The notes beneath the pieces were generated by a model. It saw only the letters and a list, made by a program, of their open reading frames with translations. It did no database searches and had not been told where the DNA came from. Of a stretch of 26,536 nucleotides of DNA, positions 8,627 through 17,364 are shown piece by piece; the stretch's first letter is position 1; each line of letters begins with the position of its first letter. Source of the DNA: a virus (Duplodnaviria > Caudoviricetes); IMG/VR virus record IMGVR_UViG_3300006111_000032, positions 1-26,536 of that record; one strand, given 5' to 3'. The position numbers and the translations under genes were made by a program.

Positions 8627-9409
8627 ATGCCCTTAACGCCTGGCAAATCTCAAAAGACGATCAGCCATAACATTTCCGAGATGATTCATGCTGGTCATCC
8701 TCGCGATCAAGCAATCGCTGCGGCATTGAACACCGCTCGTCACACAAAAGCAACTGGTGGCGGATTGTATGCGAACATTCATGCCAAGCAACAGCGCATC
8801 GCTCATGGTTCAAAAGAACACATGCGTAAACTCGGATCAAAAGGTGCACCGACCGATGAAGCATTTGCGGCATCCGCTCGAACAGCAAAAGCTGAAGGTG
8901 GGCCATTCGCCGACATGAGTTACGACAAAGGCGACATGTCTTACACAAAGTCGAATTTTCCGATTCAACATCAGTTCCATGAAGGCCCGATCCATTCCCC
9001 GGTCGCAGGGCGCACGGACCATTTGCCAATGACGGTTGCCTCTGGTTCATACGTCATTCCTGCCGACATCATCGGTGCAATGGGCGAAGGCAACACGATG
9101 GCCGGGTTCAAAATTGCTCGGCGAATGTTCAGCTCTCCGCCTTATTTCAATAAACAAAAACAGCCCTACGCTTCCGATTCCGCGCCTTATGCGGAAGGCA
9201 AACCATACGGCGCTCGCGCGAGCGGCGGAAAAACTCCAGTCGAGATCGTCGCGGCTGGCGGAGAATACGTAATTTCTCCGGAAGACGTTACGCACCTTGG
9301 AGGAGGCGACATCGACCATGGTCATGAGATCTTGGACGAGTTCGTGAAAAGTTACCGTAAAAAGACGATCGATACGTTGAAGAAACTTCCTGGACCAAAG
9401 AGGGATTGA
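8627..9409 (+). CDS. Modular putative internal virion protein with A-x-G-G motifs
   Basis: The start is ATG 8627 (MPLTPGKSQKTIS), after GAGG. Basic His-rich modules are followed by GRTDHLPMTVASGSYVIPADII and a second copy IVAAGGEYVISPEDV, a motif seen in phage ejection and tape-measure-type proteins. Confidence 0.65.
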   Translation: MPLTPGKSQKTISHNISEMIHAGHPRDQAIAAALNTARHTKATGGGLYANIHAKQQRIAHGSKEHMRKLGSKGAPTDEAFAASARTAKAEGGPFADMSYDKGDMSYTKSNFPIQHQFHEGPIHSPVAGRTDHLPMTVASGSYVIPADIIGAMGEGNTMAGFKIARRMFSSPPYFNKQKQPYASDSAPYAEGKPYGARASGGKTPVEIVAAGGEYVISPEDVTHLGGGDIDHGHEILDEFVKSYRKKTIDTLKKLPGPKRD

Positions 9410-9414
9410 GTCAA

Positions 9415-9930
9415 ATGGAAAATGAACTAAATGTCAGGGTCGGAACACCCGAAGACGTGGACGGAATGATGCAACTTGCGCTTGCAGCTTGCGAAGAAAA
9501 TGGACTGACGAATCCGAATCCAGCAAAATTGCTGAATGAGATTTGGGCCGGGTTGACGAGGCAATATGGTATTGTTGGGATCATTGGTCGCTCCGGCGAG
9601 CAATTCGAGGCAGCTATTTTGCTCAGAACGGAACCTTTGTGGTATTCTGATGATTTAACGATTGTCGAACGTGCGATTTTCGTTCATCCTGACTTCCGCA
9701 GTGCAAAAGGTGGTCGAGCGAGAAAACTTTGCGAATTTGCGAAACAAACCGCAGAGGTTCTTCAGATCCCACTGGTTATTGGAATTCTCAGCTCTCAGCG
9801 AGTCGAAGGCAAAGTTCGGCTTTATGAGAGACAATTTGGGCCTCAATCTGGGGCTTATTGGATTTATGGCGGAAGAACAGGCGAGTGGAAAGATGAATCC
9901 ATGGCCGACACGCATTTGACGGAGCATTGA
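9415..9930 (+). CDS. GNAT-fold acetyltransferase-like phage protein
   Basis: N-terminal VRVGTPEDVDGMMQL, IFVHPDFRSAKGGRARKLCEFAK (motif A-like) and RLYERQFG (motif B-like). Start is ATG 9415 or TTG 9406. Lies between the tail genes and the ejection genes. Confidence 0.7.
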   Translation: MENELNVRVGTPEDVDGMMQLALAACEENGLTNPNPAKLLNEIWAGLTRQYGIVGIIGRSGEQFEAAILLRTEPLWYSDDLTIVERAIFVHPDFRSAKGGRARKLCEFAKQTAEVLQIPLVIGILSSQRVEGKVRLYERQFGPQSGAYWIYGGRTGEWKDESMADTHLTEH

Positions 9931-9931
9931 A

Positions 9932-12900
9932 ATGGGCGGCAAGACCGGGACGACTACCCAAAGCGTTCAAATCCCACCAGAGGTATTGGCGAGGTATAAC
10001 TCGGTCAACGCGACCGCGCAACAAACCGCCGCTCAACCGTTTCAACAATACAGCACGAATCCAAATGCTTTTGTTGCGCCTTTGAATGAACAGCAACAGG
10101 CTGGCATCAGCAATATAAACCAACAGGCAAATGCGGCTCAGCCAGCTTATGCAGCGGCCATGCAGGGCACTTCTCAGGCTTACGGCGGATTGTCCCCTCA
10201 AGGCTTTCAGCAAGGCGTGGCGGGGTATATGAACCCGTTCGTGAACCAAGCCATGGGCGCGACCGCTGCACAAATGCAAAATGTTAATCAGCAGCAGCAA
10301 CAGCAACTTTTGGGGAACACCATAACTCAAGGCGCTTTTGGTGGCGACCGTGGCAACATCGCGCAAGCTGCATTGATGAACCAACAAAACCTCGCTTTGG
10401 GCAACACGCTTGCGAACATGGCCCAAACAGGCTATCAGGGCGCGGCACAAAATTATCTCACTGGTTTGGGTCAACAAGGTGCATTGGCAGCGCAAATGGG
10501 CAACCTCGGCGCAGGTGCTCAAGCTGCAGGACTTCAAGGTGCTCAAGCTCAGCTCGGCGCAGGAACGCTCGGCCAACAAACTCAGCAAGCTGGGAATACG
10601 GCACTCTACAATCAATTCCTTCAACAGCAAGCCTATCCATTTCAGGTTGCTCAATTCTTGGCGAATATTGCGGAAGGAACGGGAGCGCTTTCGGGTTCGA
10701 CGACAACGACGAATCAACCCATGCCGTTTTTCTCGGATCGTCGGCTCAAGCATGATATCAAACGTATTGGCGAGTCCGACCATGGCCTTCCGATTTATGC
10801 GTTCAAATATAAGCATGATCCAGAAGGCCATACGCATGTCGGCTTTATGGCAGATGAAGTCGAGCATGTTCACCCCGAAGCCGTCGGCCTCGCGGGTGGA
10901 TATAAAACGGTTGATTACGACAAAATTGCCAACGACAATGGTCGCTCGGAAGGCGGCATGGTCGGACCTCAGCATGAAGGTTCAGGGTTCATGGCTGGTG
11001 GGCGCGAACATCATGCGGTGACAGGCTCCGTTGGCTCGAGCTACGACCCATACGATCCAAACAACATACAAAACATTATTGCTCGCCAACAAGCAGGGTT
11101 GGCTTCTGGCGAAAATAGTTTCGTTCCAGCGGCTCGCCAGTTGGCCAACGCAACAGGCAAAGCCTCGCGTGTTCCTCTTGAACAAGGCCCGCATTACAGT
11201 TTGTTGAAAGCAGAAGGGAATCCGGCTCAACACCCAACGGGCATGGAACAAACGATGGGCGGATTGAAAACCGCTGAGACCATTGCCGATTTGTTCAAAA
11301 ACAATCCAAAAACTGGCGACAAAGGTTTTGCCGCAATGTTAATGGATAAAATGGGAATGAACAAATCCCAGAACGCAGATCAAAATACACAACAAAACCA
11401 GTCGCAAAATCCTGCTCCTGCGGCTCCTGCGCCAACCCCACCCGTAAAAACACCGGACACTCAACATTCAGAATCGGAAATTCCGCTTCCTCCGATTCGT
11501 TCGGAAGGTTTGGCGAGCGCTGATTTCGCGCCCGGCGATGATTTGACTGCCGCAACAGGCGGAAGGATGCACCGCGCACTCGGTGGTGGAGATACACCTT
11601 ATGCAGATGATTCTGGTGGTAAATTAGATATTCCTGACGAAAAAAATCAGCATACTCTCATGACTGCGCAAAATCCAACAGGTTCAACTTCGCAAACAGG
11701 TTTGGGTGTTGGGGATGCATTGGCTTTGGCAAAAGGCGCGGCGAGTGCTGGATCTGCGCTCATGGACTTTTTGCCAATGCTTTTGGCGGCAAAAGGCGGT
11801 CGCATGGGCCACGCAACAACAGGCACAGTTTCCGACGATGAAAATTTGCCAAACTATCTGAACGCTCTCGGCAAAATCGAAAGCGGCGGAAACTACGGCG
11901 CACTCGGCCCAACGACGAAAAGAGGTGACAGGGCTTATGGTAAATATCAAGTCATGGGCTCGAATGTTGGCCCATGGACGCAGGAAGCTCTCGGCAAAGC
12001 AATGACGCCAGAAGATTTCTTGGCGGACAAAAACGCGCAAGAAGCAGTCGCGAAACATTATTTTGGTCAGGCATTAAGCAAATACGGAACTCCGCAAGAT
12101 GCCGCTTCTGTTTGGTTCACGGGCAAACCGCTTGCAAAAACCACGCAACAAACAGCTGACATAACTGGCACGACTGTTCCAAAATATCTTCAGCGTTTCA
12201 ACAAAGCTGCAGGTCTCGGTCAAGTCGCTGGCCTCGATCAAATTGGCGGAGGAGACGACACTCAACAGCCTTCATGGTTTCATCCCGAAGTCGCGGATTC
12301 ATACAAAGCTCTTCCCGGCTCGAATCAATACGCAGAGGCCGACCTCCCGACCGCAACGAAACAAGTTGGTGGAACGGAAGATACAACCCCTGCGGCTCCT
12401 CCTGCAGAAACACCAACAGGTGGCCTCGCTCCGAATGAAGGATACGAAGCTGCGAAAAAGGCTTTGAATCCACCGAATGTTTGGAGCGAAGTCGGAAAAG
12501 GACTTGGTGTTCCTGAAAAATATCAAGATTCGAATCTCTGGGTTCCGGCTTTGGCGGGACTTGGTTCGATGCTTTCATCGAAAAGCCCATATCTCCTGCC
12601 AGCTCTCGGCGAAGGGCTCGTGGGAGGCGCAGCAGCATATTCTCAACTCCAGCCTCAACAAGCTCAAACTGAACAAACTCGTGCCGAAACGATGGCTGTT
12701 CTTCAGGGTATTCCACGCGAAAACTTCTTGCCGAACGGTGACGTTCTCGTTGAAGGGCCAGACGGCAAACCAATGCCAATGGGCGCTCAAGAATATTCAA
12801 TTCTTAAACTCACGCATCCTGAGCAAGTCAAACTCTGGAACTACGGAGTTAAAGGCAAAGCAGGAACCGCAACGGGCCTCGCTGGAGCCGCTGGCGACAC

Positions 12901-13864
12901 CGGAACGGCGACTGGGCTCGGCGGAACGAAAACGCCGCCTGTTGCCCCGCTCACGGGTGACGAGAAGGGCGTCATCGACGCCGAAGATCCGATGGCCCTT
13001 TCGGACGAGGAAAAGAAAGCGGTTGCGGCGGAAACAATTCAGTTGGCTGGAAAATACCGCAAGCCAGACGGAACGCCGGATCTTTCCTCGCTTCAAACGG
13101 TTCGCCCGAACCTGACGAATACATATCGCCAAGCTGCATTGGATGCTGCCCCTGTTCAGAAAAACAACGGCATTTATGCTGACATTTTGACATCGCGCGA
13201 CGACCATGAATTGACGGGCGGCGGCAAATACGCTGAATGGTTCGAAGGATTGCGTTCGGCGCTCGACGACATTTCGAGAAAGTTTGGTGGGCCGGGCTAT
13301 CACTACAAAGAAGGTGCTGCTCTGGAAGAAGCTCAAAAGATTTACGCTCAAAATTTGGACGCCGCTCAAAAAGCTGGCGACAACCAAACGGTCGGGAAGC
13401 TGAATATTTTGGCGAAAACTTATCCTTGGATAAACAATACGCAACTTGGCTCCGCGAAAAACATGGCTCAAATCATGACAAATACGCAAATGCCAATCGA
13501 TCAAAATCGCCTCGCTCGATATATGGTTTCCTCCACAGGCGCTGCCGGAAAATTTTTGCCTGAAAGCGAATACGTTGGCGAAAATTTTGCTGAACAATAC
13601 AATCGCCGCGCTCAACCGCTTCAAGCCAAAGAAGCAACCGTTCTCGAAAAAATGATGACAACGCCGCCTGTGACGGCTTCTGCGGATCCAATAAAAGATC
13701 CAGAAACAGGCAAGCCAATGCCAACGATGTTCTCATTCCTTCAGCGTTATGGCGACAAGCTGAGCGGCAAACAGCTGAAAGCAATCGCGGCAGAATTCGG
13801 TGCTGATCCATCGATCTTCCGTTATTTCCCACGGATCCGCACACAATACGCAGGGGCGCAATAA
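9932..13864 (+). CDS. Large internal virion / DNA ejection protein: Gln/Ala/Gly-rich pilot region + peptidase S74 + lytic transglycosylase
   Basis: MGGK start and Q/A/G-rich region (YMNPF, GAFGGDR). FFSDRRLKHDI...GFMADEVEHVHPEAV...VDYDKI is an S74 domain (Ser268). IESGGNYGALGP...AYGKYQVM...AASVWFTG...VPKY is a lysozyme-like transglycosylase (Glu650). Confidence 0.8.
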   Translation: MGGKTGTTTQSVQIPPEVLARYNSVNATAQQTAAQPFQQYSTNPNAFVAPLNEQQQAGISNINQQANAAQPAYAAAMQGTSQAYGGLSPQGFQQGVAGYMNPFVNQAMGATAAQMQNVNQQQQQQLLGNTITQGAFGGDRGNIAQAALMNQQNLALGNTLANMAQTGYQGAAQNYLTGLGQQGALAAQMGNLGAGAQAAGLQGAQAQLGAGTLGQQTQQAGNTALYNQFLQQQAYPFQVAQFLANIAEGTGALSGSTTTTNQPMPFFSDRRLKHDIKRIGESDHGLPIYAFKYKHDPEGHTHVGFMADEVEHVHPEAVGLAGGYKTVDYDKIANDNGRSEGGMVGPQHEGSGFMAGGREHHAVTGSVGSSYDPYDPNNIQNIIARQQAGLASGENSFVPAARQLANATGKASRVPLEQGPHYSLLKAEGNPAQHPTGMEQTMGGLKTAETIADLFKNNPKTGDKGFAAMLMDKMGMNKSQNADQNTQQNQSQNPAPAAPAPTPPVKTPDTQHSESEIPLPPIRSEGLASADFAPGDDLTAATGGRMHRALGGGDTPYADDSGGKLDIPDEKNQHTLMTAQNPTGSTSQTGLGVGDALALAKGAASAGSALMDFLPMLLAAKGGRMGHATTGTVSDDENLPNYLNALGKIESGGNYGALGPTTKRGDRAYGKYQVMGSNVGPWTQEALGKAMTPEDFLADKNAQEAVAKHYFGQALSKYGTPQDAASVWFTGKPLAKTTQQTADITGTTVPKYLQRFNKAAGLGQVAGLDQIGGGDDTQQPSWFHPEVADSYKALPGSNQYAEADLPTATKQVGGTEDTTPAAPPAETPTGGLAPNEGYEAAKKALNPPNVWSEVGKGLGVPEKYQDSNLWVPALAGLGSMLSSKSPYLLPALGEGLVGGAAAYSQLQPQQAQTEQTRAETMAVLQGIPRENFLPNGDVLVEGPDGKPMPMGAQEYSILKLTHPEQVKLWNYGVKGKAGTATGLAGAAGDTGTATGLGGTKTPPVAPLTGDEKGVIDAEDPMALSDEEKKAVAAETIQLAGKYRKPDGTPDLSSLQTVRPNLTNTYRQAALDAAPVQKNNGIYADILTSRDDHELTGGGKYAEWFEGLRSALDDISRKFGGPGYHYKEGAALEEAQKIYAQNLDAAQKAGDNQTVGKLNILAKTYPWINNTQLGSAKNMAQIMTNTQMPIDQNRLARYMVSSTGAAGKFLPESEYVGENFAEQYNRRAQPLQAKEATVLEKMMTTPPVTASADPIKDPETGKPMPTMFSFLQRYGDKLSGKQLKAIAAEFGADPSIFRYFPRIRTQYAGAQ

Positions 13865-16374
13865 TGAGCAATGAGACGAATCCTGATCCATTTGGAAATA
13901 TTGATTTTCTCGGCAAACCAAGAGGCGTTGCGCCTTCTTCGGATCCTTTCGCGGAAACGACTTTTGGTATGCCACAGCATTATGAATCCTCGTTGGCGGC
14001 GAACAAGATCGAATCCAATCAACCCACACCTTCCGCCACGGAAGGAACCCCAGCCCTTGTTCCGCCGAAGCCCGACCCATACGCAAATTATATGGGCCGA
14101 ATAAAATCCGCCGGAACAGGCCTCGCGAACGTCGCATTGAACACGGCTTATCGTATTCCCGACACTGTCCAAATGGCCAAGGACGTTGGCTCATGGGGAT
14201 ATGGAAAAATATTCGGTGAAGAAAAACCTCAGCAACCCGCACCAACGGTTGCGCCGGGGGACGTAAATGCTTTGCCGGAAACACCTTCGCAAGCGATGGC
14301 TTCGAAAACCCGCGCCCGTACCGCTCAAGCCCAACAATGGGCTGAAGAGCATCCGGATGTTATGGGGATGGCGGCAGGGTTCGGCTGGATGCCGATGGAC
14401 GTTGGCACTTCGGCTGAGGCAAAACAACGTGTCGCGCCTTATCTTTACACGCCCCAAACGGAATCCGAAAAGAACATCGCGAGCGACATCGAGGCTGGTG
14501 GCACATGGGCCGCTTTGTCCCCCAAATCCGCCTTTGGTACACCTTTTCGTGCAGTGACAGGAGCTGGCCTCGAGCAAATTGGCCGTGGCGCGGAATCAGT
14601 TTTGCCCGGCGCAGGAGCCGCCATCCCATTGGTCGGTCAGATCCTTGGCGAAACAGGCGCAGGAACTTTTGCCACATTGAACGACAGCGAATCGCGCTAT
14701 GTTTCAGCATTGAAAAAAGCCTACGACGAGGATGTCCGCACAGGAAACATTGATCCGTCGAAAATCACGCCGGACATGAAAATCACGGACATTCCTTTCA
14801 ATCGTCCGAACGCAAGCGCTTTGCGTCGTCTCGCAAAACAGCAGTCCCAAGTCGCAACCGATACGGGCGATTTTGCTGAATTCAACCGCACAGCAAAAGG
14901 TGCCATGGACCATGGGCAGTTGCGCGGTCAGTTGGTGAACGACATCACTGGGGACATTGAAAAAATAACAAAAATTCCTTCGAACAATGCCCTCGAAGCG
15001 CAAGAAGCAATCAATAACGAATTCAGCAGTCGGAAAACTGCAGCCTACGATGCCGCGAAATCGAGCGCCCCCGGTCAAGCCGTTCCGAGAGATGTTTTCG
15101 GAGGATACGCGGAAACACCAATCGTAAATGCTGCGGAAAAGCAAATTCAAGATGCAATCGCCAGCAACCCAAGCAATCCTCGTTACAAAGATATTGTTGT
15201 CCCAACCGACACAACACCGGGCAATTATGCTTATTACGAGCAAGTTTATCGTCAGCTTCGCGATTCAGCATTTTTGAAAAATGCGAATTTGCCGACGGAT
15301 GAAATAAACATCAGCAACGCTCGCGATGCCGCTCAAGGAATAAAAAGCGCTCTCGACAAACACATGACGGTCGATGGCCAATCGCTTTCGGCAAATGCGC
15401 GTGGTATCGCTCAGGATCATTTCAATGCGGACAACATCATTGGGGTCGGTGAGAATTTTTTGAATGAAGAACCGCAAACCGCAAGCGAAGCACAAGCCTC
15501 CGAACGTGCATTCGATAGCTTGGATCCTGACGAGCGCGGGGCGGCGACCTATGGCGCGTTGAACCAATTCAACAAAATAATCTCCGACGACAACAAAGGC
15601 GGATTGAATTGGGCAGCGAAAAAATTCGACACGGACGCTACGTTCAACCGTAAAATGCAAATGTTGCTCGGCAAACGTGCTCCGGATGGCTCGATCGATT
15701 TGTCGGACTACGACGCATTGCGCGGAAAAGTTTTGGCCGCTCAAACGCGAGCAAATATTCCAGCTTGGGATGTCGACATAAAAAGCGCACCGCCCTCATT
15801 TTCTCAGCGTCATCCAAATATGATAACTGCTTTGGCGGCAGGGGCCGGGTCGGGTCTTCCGGTTGCAGCGAATTATTTGCAGGACTTTCTAATCAACTCG
15901 AACCTCATGACAGCAGCAGGTTTGGCGGGGGTTGGCGCGTTGGCCGGAATGGGAACTGCCGCAAAACTGGTGAATGATTCGGCAGTGAAACGGGCGGCGA
16001 ATGACATCGTGTTGAAAATGTCGACGGGAAATGTTCGCGACCTCGCGGAGCTTTCGCGGCTGATGCGGACGAATCCACTTTATGGTGCAGTTTACAGGGG
16101 GATTAACTTGGGTTTATCAAACGAACAAAATTTTAACGCGAACGACAAAATTCGTCGTGGTTGGAAAAAAGGCGGTCGTGCTTTTTTCAAAGGCGGTCGC
16201 GTCGGAAGAGCGAGCGGCGGACGCACAGGCAAAAATCCAAAAGCATCGGCAGAAAGATTAATCGCGCTTGCCAATCGTGTGAAAAGCGAGCAAACTAAAG
16301 ATACCGCACCGCTTTTGAATTTGGACGATACGACTGTTGCGAAAGCATTGGCTGTGGCCAACAAACACATCTGA
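13864..16374 (+). CDS. Large internal virion / ejection protein
   Basis: 836 aa, Ala/Gly-rich and helical, with hydrophobic Gly-rich stretches and a basic C-terminal KGGR/ASGGR cluster. TAATG-coupled to the preceding ejection gene. Confidence 0.7.
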   Translation: MSNETNPDPFGNIDFLGKPRGVAPSSDPFAETTFGMPQHYESSLAANKIESNQPTPSATEGTPALVPPKPDPYANYMGRIKSAGTGLANVALNTAYRIPDTVQMAKDVGSWGYGKIFGEEKPQQPAPTVAPGDVNALPETPSQAMASKTRARTAQAQQWAEEHPDVMGMAAGFGWMPMDVGTSAEAKQRVAPYLYTPQTESEKNIASDIEAGGTWAALSPKSAFGTPFRAVTGAGLEQIGRGAESVLPGAGAAIPLVGQILGETGAGTFATLNDSESRYVSALKKAYDEDVRTGNIDPSKITPDMKITDIPFNRPNASALRRLAKQQSQVATDTGDFAEFNRTAKGAMDHGQLRGQLVNDITGDIEKITKIPSNNALEAQEAINNEFSSRKTAAYDAAKSSAPGQAVPRDVFGGYAETPIVNAAEKQIQDAIASNPSNPRYKDIVVPTDTTPGNYAYYEQVYRQLRDSAFLKNANLPTDEINISNARDAAQGIKSALDKHMTVDGQSLSANARGIAQDHFNADNIIGVGENFLNEEPQTASEAQASERAFDSLDPDERGAATYGALNQFNKIISDDNKGGLNWAAKKFDTDATFNRKMQMLLGKRAPDGSIDLSDYDALRGKVLAAQTRANIPAWDVDIKSAPPSFSQRHPNMITALAAGAGSGLPVAANYLQDFLINSNLMTAAGLAGVGALAGMGTAAKLVNDSAVKRAANDIVLKMSTGNVRDLAELSRLMRTNPLYGAVYRGINLGLSNEQNFNANDKIRRGWKKGGRAFFKGGRVGRASGGRTGKNPKASAERLIALANRVKSEQTKDTAPLLNLDDTTVAKALAVANKHI

Positions 16375-16382
16375 GGGAAATT

Positions 16383-16592
16383 ATGGAAAATTTTGAACTC
16401 GACTTGAAACTCACGGTGGCTCACGTGAACACTGTTTTGAAACATCTTGGAGCGGGAGTTTATGCAGAGGTTGCTGATCTCATTCAGCTGCTTCATGGCC
16501 AAGCCAAACCGCAAATTGAAACCGCTGCGAATGCTGCACCAGTTGCAGCGAATGAAGATACTCAGGCTGCTGAGCCTCCCAGTGCAGCCTGA
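16383..16592 (+). CDS. Small conserved phage protein (last gene of the virion arm)
   Basis: 69 aa, LKLTVAHVNTVLKHLG...YAEVADLI...QAKPQ. SD GAGGG upstream; followed by a terminator. Confidence 0.7.
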   Translation: MENFELDLKLTVAHVNTVLKHLGAGVYAEVADLIQLLHGQAKPQIETAANAAPVAANEDTQAAEPPSAA

Positions 16593-16600
16593 GTAAACTT

Positions 16601-16636
16601 GGCCGGGTTGAGCGAAACCGCTCCCCGGCCCTTTTT
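16601..16636 (+). terminator. Rho-independent terminator at the convergence of the two arms
   Basis: GGCCGGG-tt-GAGCG-aaac-CGCTC-CCCGGCC followed by CTTTTT. Lies between the convergent stop codons at 16592 and 16636. Confidence 0.8.
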
Positions 16637-17343
16637 CATATTGCGAAATCAGCGATTGCAATCTCGCGAATTTCGTATGAATTTGTTCTCAATGAAAACC
16701 GAGCAATTTTCAGTCTTTTAACTTGCTTCATTGCGAGATAGAAAACTGCCATCGCAAGAACCATCGGGTCACCATAAATTACCAAAATGTCACGAATGGG
16801 GTTGAAGTTTTTCAACCGATTGGCAATCGTCCATTCGTAAACTGTCCTTGAGCGCTCTCCAGCCATCTCATCCCTGACCGGAAAATCGCAAACGTAAGTA
16901 ACGTCATTTGCCATTTTGAACAATGGCTCCGGATCCCATTTCAAATTTGGGTTCAAGGCGAATGCTTTGTCGTACTTTTCTCCGGCTTTCAGCGGAACGT
17001 CTTTCGCGGAAATGACCAGAGCAGAAGCGCCACTTTTCGCACGGTTGAAAATCGCAGGTTTGGTATGCAATCCGCCTTCAGGATATTCAACAAGTTTATA
17101 TGATTTCAGGTTGCTGGCCCGTTGGCGACCGTCTTTGCCAACGAAAACAGAAAACACCTTGCTGTCTTCGACTTCCATGAAACGATTGTTCGCAAGCGTG
17201 GAAAGCGCGGCAGACAACGTCGTTTCATCTTGGTCAGGGAAAGCACGCATGACATCGTGAAGCGTCAGCGAGGTCCCGAGAGGCATTTTATGAAGCATGA
17301 CTTTCACTTGAGCCAAGACTGATGGGTTATTTGGTATACGCAT
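16636..17343 (-). CDS. Winged-helix domain fused to a small alpha/beta (Rossmann-like) domain
   Basis: 235 aa. N-terminal wHTH pattern (LTLHDVMRAFPDQDETTLSAALSTLANNRFMEV...wing) and C-terminal NFNPIRDILVIYGDPMVLAMAV...LKIARF...Y. SD AAGGA upstream. Confidence 0.6.
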   Translation of the reverse strand: MRIPNNPSVLAQVKVMLHKMPLGTSLTLHDVMRAFPDQDETTLSAALSTLANNRFMEVEDSKVFSVFVGKDGRQRASNLKSYKLVEYPEGGLHTKPAIFNRAKSGASALVISAKDVPLKAGEKYDKAFALNPNLKWDPEPLFKMANDVTYVCDFPVRDEMAGERSRTVYEWTIANRLKNFNPIRDILVIYGDPMVLAMAVFYLAMKQVKRLKIARFSLRTNSYEIREIAIADFAI

Positions 17344-17364
17344 TTCAATTTTCCTTTTCGTTTT

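Noticed and set aside
9700-9720. AKGGR in the GNAT counted as an instance of the virion GG motif
   Set aside because: It coincides with the expected Gly-rich acyl-CoA-binding loop, so it was not counted as an independent occurrence.
9788-10975. 395-aa antisense ORF
   Set aside because: It is a shadow of the Gln/Ala-rich ejection gene (poly-Leu mirrors poly-Gln), with no motifs or RBS.
12862-12925. Imperfect direct repeat encoding GTATGLAG / GTATGLGG
   Set aside because: A two-copy low-complexity linker duplication inside a coding region, not a CRISPR or regulatory repeat.
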